Program-made: the position numbers and the translations under genes | The notes under the pieces: model-generated | What the model was told of the DNA's origin: nothing | What the model saw: the letters and a program-made list of their open reading frames with translations, nothing else | Databases searched by the model: none | Assembly (NCBI GenBank): GCA_002269645.1 | Contig: NIVC01001518.1 | Location: 62,001 to 126,000 of the forward strand | Source: Macrostomum lignano | Taxonomy: Eukaryota | DNA length: 64,000 bases | Reading direction: 5' to 3' | Shown: piece by piece, positions 36,011 to 48,277 of the stretch | How the letters are laid out: every line of letters begins with the position of its first letter | How positions within the stretch are numbered: the stretch's first letter is position 1

Positions 36011-36994
36011 GAGTAAATGGCCGAAAAATGAGAGTCGACCTGGCCAAAAAGCACACTAGACAATTATGATGAAGCCGCACGCGACAAGAACGGGAGCGCC
36101 AATGTTCGCAGGACAACAAACAGTTGCAAGCATCTCTCGCCCTGCCTGACTGTCACTCAGCTTGGGACCACCCGCTGCGAGCACAGGAGTGAAATCCAGT
36201 GATAAGGAGAATGGAAGAGACTTGAGGGTGTCACTTCACTGCTTTCTAAGTAGACCTATACAATGCAAGGCATGCAAGATGAGGGAGTAATGGATACCAG
36301 GTGACATTTTCCATTTAGAGAGGTAAGGTAACAGTTGGTCCTGTCAAGTTAGAACTGATCCCATATCTGGGCAGGCAAATCTGAACACAAATGGGAAGTG
36401 TGAGCGAGTTGCGCAAGCTAGTTGAGATACAGTAGCGGATAAAATATCCAGCCTATTGTGTGTCAAAGATTTTGTGAGGAGATTTTTCAAGCCCCCCGTC
36501 ATTACACTACGACAGCAATTGTGTCAACACTGACCCAACTGGCCACTTTACTGGCGTGCTTGGGGAAGATTCCCCTACCTGATAGTCTCGCTCGCTTTTG
36601 CGGTCCTTATTACCTTTCGGCCGAAATTTGCAGAAAGAAAAACAGTGATGGATACTTGGGTAGGGAAGAAATCTTGATTTGCTAGGCTGGGAGTCCCTTA
36701 AGAAACGCGCGTTGCTTTTAATGAACAAAGGGACTGCTTTGTAGATAGATAGGTAGATACAAAACAACAGGGGCTGGTTAGGACAGTTATATTGGGTGGA
36801 CAGCCACTCTTAAATTCTCAAGTGTCAATCAAAAACCGTCTTTTACAGTAAATATGTAAAGTGCTTGATCAACATCAAATAATATGAGGAACTAAATTCA
36901 AGCTATAGTTAGAGATAAAATGTCATCATTATTTATACTTGTAACCAATTTCCCACCTCTTCTGCGCGTTTTGGAGACTCCCGGGCCGGAGAAG

Positions 36995-38172
36995 GGTAGA
37001 ATAGAGGGTAGAACCGAGGGTAGAACACAGGGTAGAACACAGGGTAGAACACAGGGTAGAACACAGGGTAGAACAGAGGGTAGAACACAGGGTAGAACAC
37101 AGGGTAGAACATAGGGTAGAACACATGGTAGAATACAGGGTAGAACAGAGAGTAGAACAGAGGGTAGAACATCAGAACATAGGGTAGAACACAGGGTAGA
37201 ACACAGGGTAGAATATCAGAACATAGGGTAGAACACAGGGTAGAACACAGGGTAGAACAGAGGGTAGAACAGAGGGTAGAACAGAGGGTAGAACAGAGGG
37301 TGAAACAGAGGGTAGAACAGAAAATAGAACACAGGGTAGAACAGAGGGTAGAACAGAAAATAGAACACAGGGTAGAACAGAGGGTAAAACAGAAAATAGA
37401 ACACAGGGTAGAACAGAGGGTAGAACACAGGGTAGAACACAGGGTAGAACAGAGGGTAGAACAGAGGGTAGAACAGAGGGTGAAACAGAGGGTAGAACAG
37501 AAAATAGAACACAGGGTAGAACAGAGGGTAGAACAGAAAATAGAACACAGGGTAGAACAGAGGGTAAAACAGAAAATAGAACACAGGGTAGAACAGAGGG
37601 TAGAACATAGGGTAGAACACAGGGTAGAACAGAGGGTGAAACAGAGGGTAGAACAGAAAATGGAACACAGGGTAGAACAGAGGGTAGAACAGAAAATAGA
37701 ACACAGGGTAGAACAGAGGGTAAAACAGAAAATAGAACACAGGGTAGAACAGAGGGTAGAACACAGGGTAGAACACAGGGTAGAACATAGGGTAGAACAT
37801 AGGGTAGAACACAGGGTAGAACATAGGGTAGAACATAGGGTAGAACACAGGGTAGAACAGAGGGTAGAACAGAGGGTAGAACACAGGGTAGAACATAGGG
37901 TAGAACATAGGGTAGAACACAGGGTAGAACAGAGGGTAGAACATAGGGTAGAACACAGGGTAGAACAGAGGGTGAAACAGAGGGTAGAACAGAAAATGGA
38001 ACACAGGGTAGAGCAGAGGGTAGAACAGAGGGTAGAACAGAGGGTAGAACAGAGGGTGAAACAGAGGGTAGAACAGAAAATGGAACACAGGGTAGAGCAG
38101 AGGGTAGAACAGAGGGTAGAACAGAGGGTGAAACAGAGGGTAGAACAGAAAATAGAACACAGGGTAGAATAC
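36995..38172. repeat. 12-bp tandem repeat (GGGTAGAACACA/GA)
   Basis: About 95 units with AAAATAGAAC variants. Confidence 0.95.
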
Positions 38173-38894
38173 ACACGTTGAAAAGAGACTTAGAAGAGAA
38201 AGCAATAGTTTGAAACCAGCCCAGCGAATTGCCAACGGAATTTGCCAACCACATGGGCTGACAGACAGACTTTCGGTTTGAAATTTTGACAGGCACCTCC
38301 CCAATGCCAACAGGACTATCAGGGCTGAAGCGAAATGAAGTAACGAAAGCCGCATGCAGTTTCCCACGCTTCGGTCATGCCGGGAGACAGACTCTTCCCT
38401 TCCTGACATCCGGGCTGACAGTTGCCTGCCCGTCTGAGGCCAGACAGACCACCATAGGCAGTAATGCTCTTCAAGCAATTAGAAATTATACAAACCCGAC
38501 AAAATAATTAGCGATGAAGAGAGAGCAGGGTTTTTTTTTTGCTTGCAGTTTCACACGCTCAGCTGTGCCAGAGTCAGGGGAGGGTGAATCCAAACTGGAG
38601 AGAGAGATGGACGAAGAAATTTGACTCTGTGCGCAGGCCCGATTCAGATAAGGGGGGAGGTTCCGTTTAAGTTCACAAAAGCAACTTCCTTCCTTCCTTC
38701 CTTAGCTGTTTGGGGTCTAAGGGACCTATATTTTTTTACTTTTTAAAGATTGCTAAATAGTGTCCGTATTTTTATAACCAATGGGCCGCCAGCGGCTGCG
38801 ATAATTGTTTGAATAATTAATTAATTACGAGTATGTCAGCTCTCGTGCGCATATCTTGGATTCAACGATCCTCTTGAATTCTCTTTGGTCTTCT

Positions 38895-41800
38895 CTGTCA
38901 CTCTCCGCCTGTCACTCTCACTCTGTCACTCTCACTCTGTCACTCTCACTCTGTCACTCTCACTCTGTCACTCTCACTCTGTCACTCTCAGTCTGTCACT
39001 CTCATTCTGTGACTCTCACTCTGTGACTCTCAGTCTGTCACTCCCACTCTGTCACTCTCACTCTGTCACTCTCACTCTGTCACTCTCACTCTGTCACTCT
39101 CAATCTCTGTCACTCTCACTCTGTCACTCATCGCCTGTCACTCTCCGCCTGTCACTCTCAATATGTCACTCTCACTCTGTCACTCTCACTCTGTCACTCT
39201 CAGTCTGTCACTCTCATTCTGTGACTCTCAATCTGTGACTCTCAGTCTGTCACTCTCACTCTGTCACTCTCACTCTGTCACTCTCACTCTGTCACTCTCA
39301 TTCTGTGACTCTCACTCTGTGACTCTCAGTCTGTCACTCTCACTCTGTCACTCTCACTCTGTCACTCTCACTCTGTCACTCTCAATCTCTGTCACTCTCA
39401 CTCTGTCACTCTCAATATGTCACTCTCACTCTGTCACTCTCAATATGTCACTCTCACTCTGTCACTCTCAGTCTGTCACTCTCATTCTGTGACTCTCAAT
39501 CTGTGACTCTCAGTCTGTCACTCTCACTCTGTCACTCTCACTCTGTCACTCTCACTCTGTCACTCTCATTCTGTGACTCTCACTCTGTGACTCTCAGTCT
39601 GTCACTCTCACTCTGTCACTCTCACTCTGTCACTCTCACTCTGTCACTCTCACTCTGTCACTCTCAATCTCTGTCACTCTCACTCTGTCACTCTCCGCCT
39701 GTCACTCTCCGCCTGTCACTCTCAATATGTCACTCTCACTCTGTCACTCTCAGTCTGTCACTCTCATTCTGTGACTCTCAATCTGTGACTCTCAGTCTGT
39801 CACTCTCACTCTGTCACTCTCACTCTGTCACTCTCACTCTGTCACTCTCATTCTGTGACTCTCACTCTGTGACTCTCAGTCTGTCACTCTCACTCTGTCA
39901 CTCTCACTCTGTCACTCTCACTCTGTCACTCTCAATCTCTGTCACTCTCACTCTGTCACTCTCATTCTGTGACTCTCACTCTGTGACTCTCAGTCTGTCA
40001 CTCTCACTCTGTCACTCTCACTCTGTCACTCTCACTCTGTCACTCTCACTCTGTCACTCTCAATCTCTGTCACTCTCACTCTGTCACTCTCCGCCTGTCA
40101 CTCTCCGCCTGTCACTCTCAATATGTCACTCTCACTCTGTCACTCTCAGTCTGTCACTCTCATTCTGTGACTCTCAATCTGTGACTCTCAGTCTGTCACT
40201 CTCACTCTGTCACTCTCACTCTGTCACTCTCACTCTGTCACTCTCATTCTGTGACTCTCACTCTGTGACTCTCAGTCTGTCACTCTCACTCTGTCACTCT
40301 CACTCTGTCACTCTCACTCTGTCACTCTCAATCTCTGTCACTCTCACTCTGTCACTCTCATTCTGTGACTCTCACTCTGTGACTCTCAGTCTGTCACTCT
40401 CACTCTGTCACTCTCACTCTGTCACTCTCACTCTGTCACTCTCACTCTGTCACTCTCAATCTCTGTCACTCTCACTCTGTCACTCTCCGCCTGTCACTCT
40501 CCGCCTGTCACTCTCAATATGTCACTCTCACTCTGTCACTCTCAGTCTGTCACTCTCATTCTGTGACTCTCAATCTGTGACTCTCAGTCTGTCACTCTCA
40601 CTCTGTCACTCTCACTCTGTCACTCTCACTCTGTCACTCTCATTCTGTGACTCTCACTCTGTGACTCTCAGTCTGTCACTCTCACTCTGTCACTCTCACT
40701 CTGTCACTCTCACTCTGTCACTCTCAATCTCTGTCACTCTCACTCTGTCACTCTCCGCCTGTCACTCTCCGCCTGTCACTCTCAATATGTCACTCTCACT
40801 CTGTCACTCTCAGTCTGTCACTCTCATTCTGTGACTCTCAATCTGTGACTCTCAGTCTGTCACTCTCACTCTGTCACTCTCACTCTGTCACTCTCACTCT
40901 GTCACTCTCATTCTGTGACTCTCACTCTGTGACTCTCAGTCTGTCACTCTCACTCTGTCACTCTCACTCTGTCACTCTCACTCTGTCACTCTCAATCTCT
41001 GTCACTCTCACTCTGTCACTCTCATTCTGTGACTCTCACTCTGTGACTCTCAGTCTGTCACTCTCACTCTGTCACTCTCACTCTGTCACTCTCACTCTGT
41101 CACTCTCACTCTGTCACTCTCAATCTCTGTCACTCTCACTCTGTCACTCTCCGCCTGTCACTCTCCGCCTGTCACTCTCAATATGTCACTCTCACTCTGT
41201 CACTCTCAGTCTGTCACTCTCATTCTGTGACTCTCAATCTGTGACTCTCAGTCTGTCACTCTCACTCTGTCACTCTCACTCTGTCACTCTCACTCTGTCA
41301 CTCTCATTCTGTGACTCTCACTCTGTGACTCTCAGTCTGTCACTCTCACTCTGTCACTCTCACTCTGTCACTCTCACTCTGTCACTCTCAATCTCTGTCA
41401 CTCTCACTCTGTCACTCTCCGCCTGTCACTCTCCGCCTGTCACTCTCAGTCTGTCACTCTCACTCTGTCACTCTCAGTCTGTCACTCTCATTCTGTGACT
41501 CTCAATCTGTGACTCTCAGTCTGTCACTCTCACTCTGTCACTCTCACTCTGTCACTCTCACTCTGTCACTCTCACTCTGTCACTCTCACTCTGTCACTCT
41601 CACTCTGTCACTCTCACTCTGTCACTCTCATTCTGTGACTCTCAATCTGTGACTCTCAGTCTGTCACTCTCACTCTGTCACTCTCACTCTGTCACTCTCA
41701 CTCTGTCACTCTCACTCTGTCACTCTCACTCTGTCACTCTCACTCTGTCACTCTCACTCTGTCACTCTCACTCTGTCACTCTCAGTCTGTCACTCTCATT

Positions 41801-41935
41801 CTGTGACTCTCAATCTGTGACTCTCAGTCTGTCACTCTCACTCTGTCACTCTCACTCTGTCACTCTCACTCTGTCACTCTCACTCTGTCACTCTCACTCT
41901 GTCACTCTCAACCCTGTCACTCTAATTTGTCACTC
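38895..41935. repeat. 3-kb 12-bp satellite (CTGTCACTCTCA; minus strand TGAGAGTGACAG) with a 396-bp higher-order repeat
   Basis: Diagnostic CCGCCT variant at 39695, 40091, 40487 and at 40755, 41151 (396-bp steps). Confidence 0.95.
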
Positions 41936-42599
41936 ATTCTACTACCCTCCACCCCATTCCCTCCCAATGGCTGTAATTAACGAGATCATTTAAACCAGGC
42001 CAAGAGCAATAAAAGCCAATCTTTTGTATCCAGCGCGAGAGCCGCCTAGCAACCTAGCAACTGGGACTTCTCGGCGAATGCGCACGGGGGGGGAGACAAT
42101 TAAAGCGGCAGAGGCTGAAGCGGTCAGGACCCTGAGACGGATGACTCACTCCAGGAAAAGCAGCAAGAAGAGTAACTCGGCGCCCCTGACTTCGAGTTTC
42201 CATCTCCCGCTCACAGGGTTAAACTGTAGCAAAAGAGCAAACGACAAGCAACCCCGGTTTTTCTGCAACAACAGAAAAGCAAAATAGAAAAATAAAAGAA
42301 AACCATGAGCCTAGTCTGTCCATTATAAGACAGACTTCACGCTGCAGAGCAAAATCAAGGCTCTTAGCAATTCCAAGTTGGATTCGTGGAAAAGAAAAAT
42401 TAGTTACGCCGATGCAGTGTGCTATATGGCAGCACTGGTGATTTAGTAGCGACTTTGCCACCAGTTCTGCCATGTGTGAGACAGGGAGCGTTGTGTAGCT
42501 TTATTGCGCAATCATGACTGCGATTGTGCGCGCTGAAGGGTCGCTAATGGGTTGAGGCTCGGGTTTGCAGGGATAGGGACAGATAATAGAAGTGAATGG

Positions 42600-43203
42600 T
42601 AGACAGTGGAGATGAGGGAGATACGGTAGAGATGAAGGGAGATACGGTAGAGATAAAGGGAGATACGGTAGACATGAAGAGAGATACGGTAGACATGAAG
42701 AGAGATACGGTAGAGATAAAGGGAGATACGGTAGAGATGAAGGGAGATACGGTAGAGATGAAGGGAGATACGGTAGACATGAAGGGAGATACGGTAGACA
42801 TGAAGGGAGATACGGTAGACATGACGGGAGATACGGTAGACATGAAGGGAGATACGGTAGACATGAAGGGAGATACGGTAGACATGACGGGAGATACGGT
42901 AGACATGAAGGGAGATACGGTAGACATGAAGGGAGATCCGGTAGAGATGAAGGGAGATACAGTAGAGATGAAGGGAGATACGGTAGACATGAAGGGAGAT
43001 ACGGTAGACATGAAGGGAGATACGGTAGACATGACGGGAGATACGGTAGACATGAAGGGAGATACGGTAGACAGGAAGGGAGATACGGTAGACATGACGG
43101 GAGATACGGTAGACATGAAGGGAGATACGGTAGACATGAAGGGAGATACGGTAGAGATGAAGAGAGATACGGTAGAGATGAAGAGAGATACGGTAGAGAT
43201 GAA
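42600..43203. repeat. 21-bp tandem repeat (GGAGATACGGTAGACATGAAG), intron 3' of the zinc-finger exon
   Basis: About 28 units starting right after the donor at 43217. Confidence 0.95.
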
Positions 43204-43217
43204 GACCAGCAACCAAC

Positions 43218-43744
43218 CTCATTGGCGGCTCCGTGAGTTGCAGCAGTCTGCTGCAGGTTGCGCAGCCCGTGAAACTCCAGGTGCTGTCGCAGGTCGCTGC
43301 CGCTCTCGGCCTTGAAGTCGCAGAACAGGCAGCTGCTGGCCGCATCGCAGAGAGCCGAGTTCTCCGGCATGATTGACAGCTCAGATCCCGCAGTGGCTCT
43401 CAGGTGGCCGCGGAACACGGTCTCAAAATCCACCAGCTGCTCAGACTGGTGTTCCAACTGGTGGTGCTCCATGAGGAAGTGGCACGAATTGCTCACCTTT
43501 GAGCACAGGCGACAGCGGTAGAGAACGAACAGGCCGTTTGAGCTTGCTTCATCAGGGCAGGAGTCTGGAGCCTCGGCCGGAGGTGAACGAGATTCTTCAT
43601 CACCGCTGCCCCAGCTGGCGGTTGAGTCGTGCTTAGAAGCGTAGTGACCTTCGAGCAGGTCCAGATGATGGCTGACGAACGGGCACAGGGGGCAGCTCAG
43701 CACCAGCACGTCCGAAGGGGATATTTGAGGAAAAATTCCCATAA
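43218..43744 (-). CDS. Exon encoding three spaced C2H2 zinc fingers; other exons unresolved
   Basis: CPLCPFVSHHLDLLEGHYASKH, CRLCSKVSNSCHFLMEHHQLEH, CLFCDFKAESGSDLRQHLEFH; acceptor TATAG at 43745, donor GAG|GTTGGT at 43217. Confidence 0.8.
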
Positions 43745-44049
43745 CTATAGGCCTTGATGCGCGAAAGCTTTAACTGATCGCAATTTCTTGCCGGGAAGTG
43801 AAGTAGTTGGAGGTTTTTGTGGAAGTCGAGAAGGACCTTGGCCAGGGGACGGGCGGGTGGGAGGCGAGGGAGCCAATGAGGTGAGCCCAGCTGATTGGGC
43901 CAGTGGTGTCCATGGGGTGGTGGCCCTTGCGCAGCAGTTTACTAATTGTCTGCTTGACAATTCTAGCAAAATAGAAGAGACAATACGTTTTAGGAAAATC
44001 GCAATACCTATCAATCAAAAAGAGTGATAAAAAATCAAATGTGCGTCCA

Positions 44050-44895
44050 ATTCTACCCTGGAAACCCCACGGCCACGGAATCCACCCCCATTCTACTCTG
44101 AAAACTCCACGGAATCCGCCCCTCATTCTATCCTGGAAACCCTACAAAATCCGCCCCATTCTACTCTGGAGACCCTACAAAATCCGCCCCCATTCTACTT
44201 TGAAAACTCCATGGAATCCGCCCCTCATTCTACCGTGGAAACCCCACGGAATCCGCCCCCTTCCATTCTACCCTGGAAACCCCACGGAATCCGCCCCCTT
44301 CCATTCTACCCTGGAAACCCCACGGAATCCGCCCCCTTCCATTCTACCCTGGAAACCCCACGGAATCCGCCCCCTTCCATTCTACCCTGGAAACCCCACG
44401 GAATCCGCCCCCTTCCATTCTACCCTGGAAATCCTACGGAATCCGCCCCCTTCCATTCTACCCTGGAAACCCCACGGAATCCGCCCCCTTCCATTCTACC
44501 CTGGAAATCCTACGGAATCCGCCCCCTTCCATTCTACCCTGGAAACCCCACGGAATCCGCCCCCTTCCATTCTACCCTGGAAACCCCACGGAATCCGCCC
44601 CCTTCCATTCTACCCTGGAAACCCCACGGAATCCGCCCCCTTCCATTCTACCCTGGAAACCCCACGGAATCCGCCCCCTTCCATTCTACCCTGGAAATCC
44701 TACGGAATCCGCCCCCTTCCATTCTACCCTGGAAATCCTACGGAATCCGCCCCCTTCCATTCTACCCTGTAAATCCTACGGAATCCGCCCCCTTCCATTC
44801 TACCCTGGAAATCCTACGGAATCCGCCCCCTTCCATTCTACCCTGGAAATCCTACGGAATCCGGAATCCGACCCCCCAACAAATTCTACCCTTGG
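44050..44895. repeat. 38-bp tandem repeat (TTCCATTCTACCCTGGAAACCCCACGGAATCCGCCCCC)
   Basis: About 21 units; translation cycles through all three frames every 38 aa. Confidence 0.95.
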
Positions 44896-45019
44896 AAACA
44901 TGCCAATCATGAAAAAGAAGCATCATGTCAATTATAACAGATATAAAGTAATACCATAGACATGCAAGCGTAAAGTAGATCAAAGGAAGAGTTAGGGTTA
45001 ATAATAATACTAATTGATT

Positions 45020-45312
45020 ACACCTGCCCTAATGGCCAGATCTGCAACCGACAGCTCAGCCGCAGCAATTTCCCGCCGCATCTGAAGGCTGCGTACGGCT
45101 GTTCAGTCCAAGGAGTGGGGGGGGGGGTCGCCACACGATCACCCGCAATTACCCCAGCTAATGCTGGCACCCATTTTACAGCTGGGTGAACTGGAGCAAT
45201 GCAGAATTAAGTGTCGTGCTGAAAAACACAAATTGTTCCGAGTGAGCCGAGAATCGAACCCCCGACCTTTCAGTCATAAGTCCGACGCTCTAACTACTAG
45301 GCTAAAAACTCT
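45020..45312 (-). mobile_element. tRNA-derived SINE with CORE-like central domain
   Basis: Minus strand: A-box TAGCCTAGTAGTTAGAGCG, B-box GGTTCGATTC, then TTGTGTTTTTCAGCACGACACTTAATTCTGCATTGCTCCAGTTCACCCAGCTGTAAAATGGG resembling CORE (GTGACCTTGGGCAAGTTACTTAACC...CATCTGTAAAATGGG); 3' end approximate. Confidence 0.7.
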
Positions 45313-46314
45313 GGAATTTAATGTCGAAACCTACAAAGAGTTAATTGAAACATCTTTTCATTTCTTTATTGCCTCCCCCAACGGGGGCGCAGATTGCTAG
45401 TCCAATATACTAAAAATGGTTTGTCCGTATCTATGTGATTGATTTCAGAAAAATTTTATTGTTAAAAATCATCATTTCATTGAACTTTCCAGTCGCATAA
45501 ATGCTGAACTCGTGTTAAATTTCCAATGAGACTTGAGTCAAGCGGTAAAGAATTTATTTCAGCTTTAAAAGCTATTTTTGGCCTGTGCTGCTCTGTCTGG
45601 GCCCCATTTTCAGGTTAGCCCCATTTCCAAACCTACACTAATGGAAAATGGGTGCGTAGGGTTGCCTCCATTTTGTTCCAAGGTCTGTTCAACACCTGTC
45701 AGCTATAAGAAAGTCTTTGTCCAGCGGAAACTGGACAGGGAATTCGAAAATCAAAGGACAAAATTCGCTAATATAGCGATATCCCTCTTAGTCATAATTT
45801 CAGACACAGATCGCACGCCACACCGCATTACGATGCGTCATGCGCCACCAAGACTTGGGTTTTTTATAATTTGAAAATCTTAAAGCCAATAAAAAGCGAA
45901 CCCAGTCTGCAGACTGTGTAGCCCTACGTGGGTGGCTGGCCCCCAGACAGTCTGTCTGTGCAAAAAAGACAAAAAAAGATCAAAATTTTGATTTGAGGCG
46001 GGAGGGGGAGACGAGGTGCGAGCTGGTTAAACATTGCAAGTCATATTATTCTTAATTTCATAAGTCTTGGACAATTTTTAATGATTCCGCCGTGTGCGCC
46101 ACAGGCGGAGAGGGCTGTAAGAGAAGAGGGAGAGAGAGAGATCGTTATAGTAGTACTCGCAATAATAATAATAAATGAAAGGTGTGAATGCTGCCGCGCT
46201 CCGCAGAGGGCTCTTTGCGGGGACCCACCGCACAGCAGGGGGGCATATAGCTCTTTTAGGTTAATTATTTGTTGTAAAGCCAGAGACTTCCCGATGTGCA
46301 GCACTTGGATTGGA

Positions 46315-46620
46315 TGCTTGGAGTCTGTCTGCTGTGCTTGGCGCCACCTCCTGCCTGCCGTGTTTGGCGCCACCTACTGTCTGCTGTGCTTGGCGCCACC
46401 TCCTGCCTGCCGTGTTTGGCGCAACCTACTGTCTGCCGTGCTTGGAGCCACCTACTGTCTGCCGTGTTTGGCGCCACCTACTGTCTGCCGTGTTTGGCGC
46501 CACCTACCGTCTGCTGTGCTTGGCGCCACCTCCTGACTGCCGTATTTGGCGCCACCTCCTGCCTGTCATTTGAGTTTTATTCTTGGCGCCATCTGCAGAT
46601 TCATACTTGGCGCCATCTGC
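46315..46620. repeat. About 25-bp tandem repeat (CTGCCGTGTTTGGCGCCACCTACTGT-like)
   Basis: About 12 units sharing TTGGCGCCA with the 26-27 kb array. Confidence 0.9.
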
Positions 46621-47149
46621 AGCATCATGCGGAAACAGCTTGATTTTACGACCGCCAGGCTCCGCAAGGATCGAACCAATGACCTCACTGACTGAGGTCT
46701 ACATTAAAGAATTTACAATCAGAAAGGAAATTGAAACCATGGAACGGACAAAGCTAGCCAATATTGCTTTGGCCCGCGAATTATTCAACTTGAAATGGTT
46801 ACAGTTGCTCTGCTTGCAGCACAGAGCAGACGGACAGATGCTTGTTGCAGAATTTGGAAATGTAGCCAAAGTCAATGAAAGTCAATCTTGCAGGCCTCTG
46901 CCACTACAGAGCCATTGTACAAATCTATTAATCACATGGGGGTAACCCGTGCGGGCTATTTATTGTATCAAAATTTTTTTCAGGGTTCCCATGATTTCAA
47001 CTGCCGCTGTTTGTAATTGAGGGCCATGAATAGTGGGGTGACTGCTTAGTGTGTACACTGCGGCCTCGGCCTCGCTAATGCTCATCTTTAATTAACTCCA
47101 ACCTCGTTTCGGTGGTAAGAAGAGTGAAGCTTGAAAACTGTAAACTAAT

Positions 47150-47690
47150 TTAGAGGGAGAATCTCTCAGTTCAGGTGAGAATCTCACGGTAGACTCTCAG
47201 CTCAGGGGAAGAATCTCATGGTGGACTCTCAGCTCAGGACGAGAATCTCATGTTGGACTCTCAGCTCAGGGTGAAAATCTCACGGTGGACTCTCTCAGTT
47301 CAGGGTGAGAATCTCACGGTGGACTCTCAGCTCAGGGGAAGAATCTCATGGTGGACTCTCAGCTCAGGACGAGAATCTCATGTTGGACTCTCAGCTCAGG
47401 GTGAAAATCTCACGGTGGACTCTCTCAGTTCAGGGTGAGAATCTCACGGTGGACTCTCAGCTCAGGGGAAGAATCTCATGGTGGACTCTCAGCTCAGGGT
47501 GAAAATCTCATGGTGGACTCTCAGCTCAGGGCGAGAATCTCATGGTGGACTCTCTCAGCTCAGGGTGAAAATCTCACGATGGACCCTCTCAGCTCAGGGC
47601 GAGAATCTCATGGTGGACTCTCTCAGTTCAGGGTGAGAATCTCACGGCGGACTCTCAGTTTAAGTGAGAATCTCACGGTGGACTCTTAAG
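47150..47690. repeat. 31-33-bp tandem repeat (GTGGACTCTCAGCTCAGGGTGAAAATCTCAC)
   Basis: About 17 units. Confidence 0.93.
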
Positions 47691-48277
47691 AATTGAATAA
47701 TTTTGGAGAATTGGGAATATATTCTCCATGATGCTAGGCATTGATAATAAACCAAGACATAAGCGAGCATTTATTAGGAAAAGAAATTACACTCTCATTT
47801 AAAAAATCCCCACAGAAATTCTCCTAATTTTCCACAGCTGGTGTGAAGAGTCAAAGGCTGTCTCGCAGATAACAGCAAGAGACAGACAGGCAGGCAGGCG
47901 ACGCTAGCGCTTCAAGATCTACATGTATGAGCTGTGCCCGCTAAAATACCATTTGAGCTGACAGACACACGTCAGTCATCAACTCGATAATGGTGGGGTG
48001 GGGGGAGCTGGGGGACCCCTGGAGCTGCATGGGGCAGCGAGCTGGCACTCTGGCCGCTCCCACCTCCTCAGACTCAAGAGAGATTTATAGCCCCGTCGAC
48101 TTTGGGGCCACAACAGAAATCGAGTGCGGACTTCCTGCCCACCCCTCGTGTCCCCTTCATGCTGAGACATGGAGTTTTATAAATAGTGTTTGGAGCTCGT
48201 CTAGCGATAAATTCGAACTCAAGGGTTCGAAATCTGTATTCGAAATCTGTACTTTTGGCGTGTTGATGAGATCTTCA

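Noticed and set aside
36040-36200. Possible upstream coding exon of the TALE gene (donor CAG|GTCGAC near 36039)
   Set aside because: In-frame stop just upstream and a weak donor; at most a UTR exon
42380-42560. Next exon of the zinc-finger gene
   Set aside because: Four candidate acceptors give different short frames; cannot choose without cDNA
45240-45312. Functional tRNA gene
   Set aside because: A/B boxes are present but the acceptor and anticodon stems pair poorly and the sequence continues into a SINE body; called as SINE instead
46160-46265. (ATT)n-tailed 3' end of a SINE/LINE on the minus strand
   Set aside because: Tail is only about 5 units and there is no recognisable body
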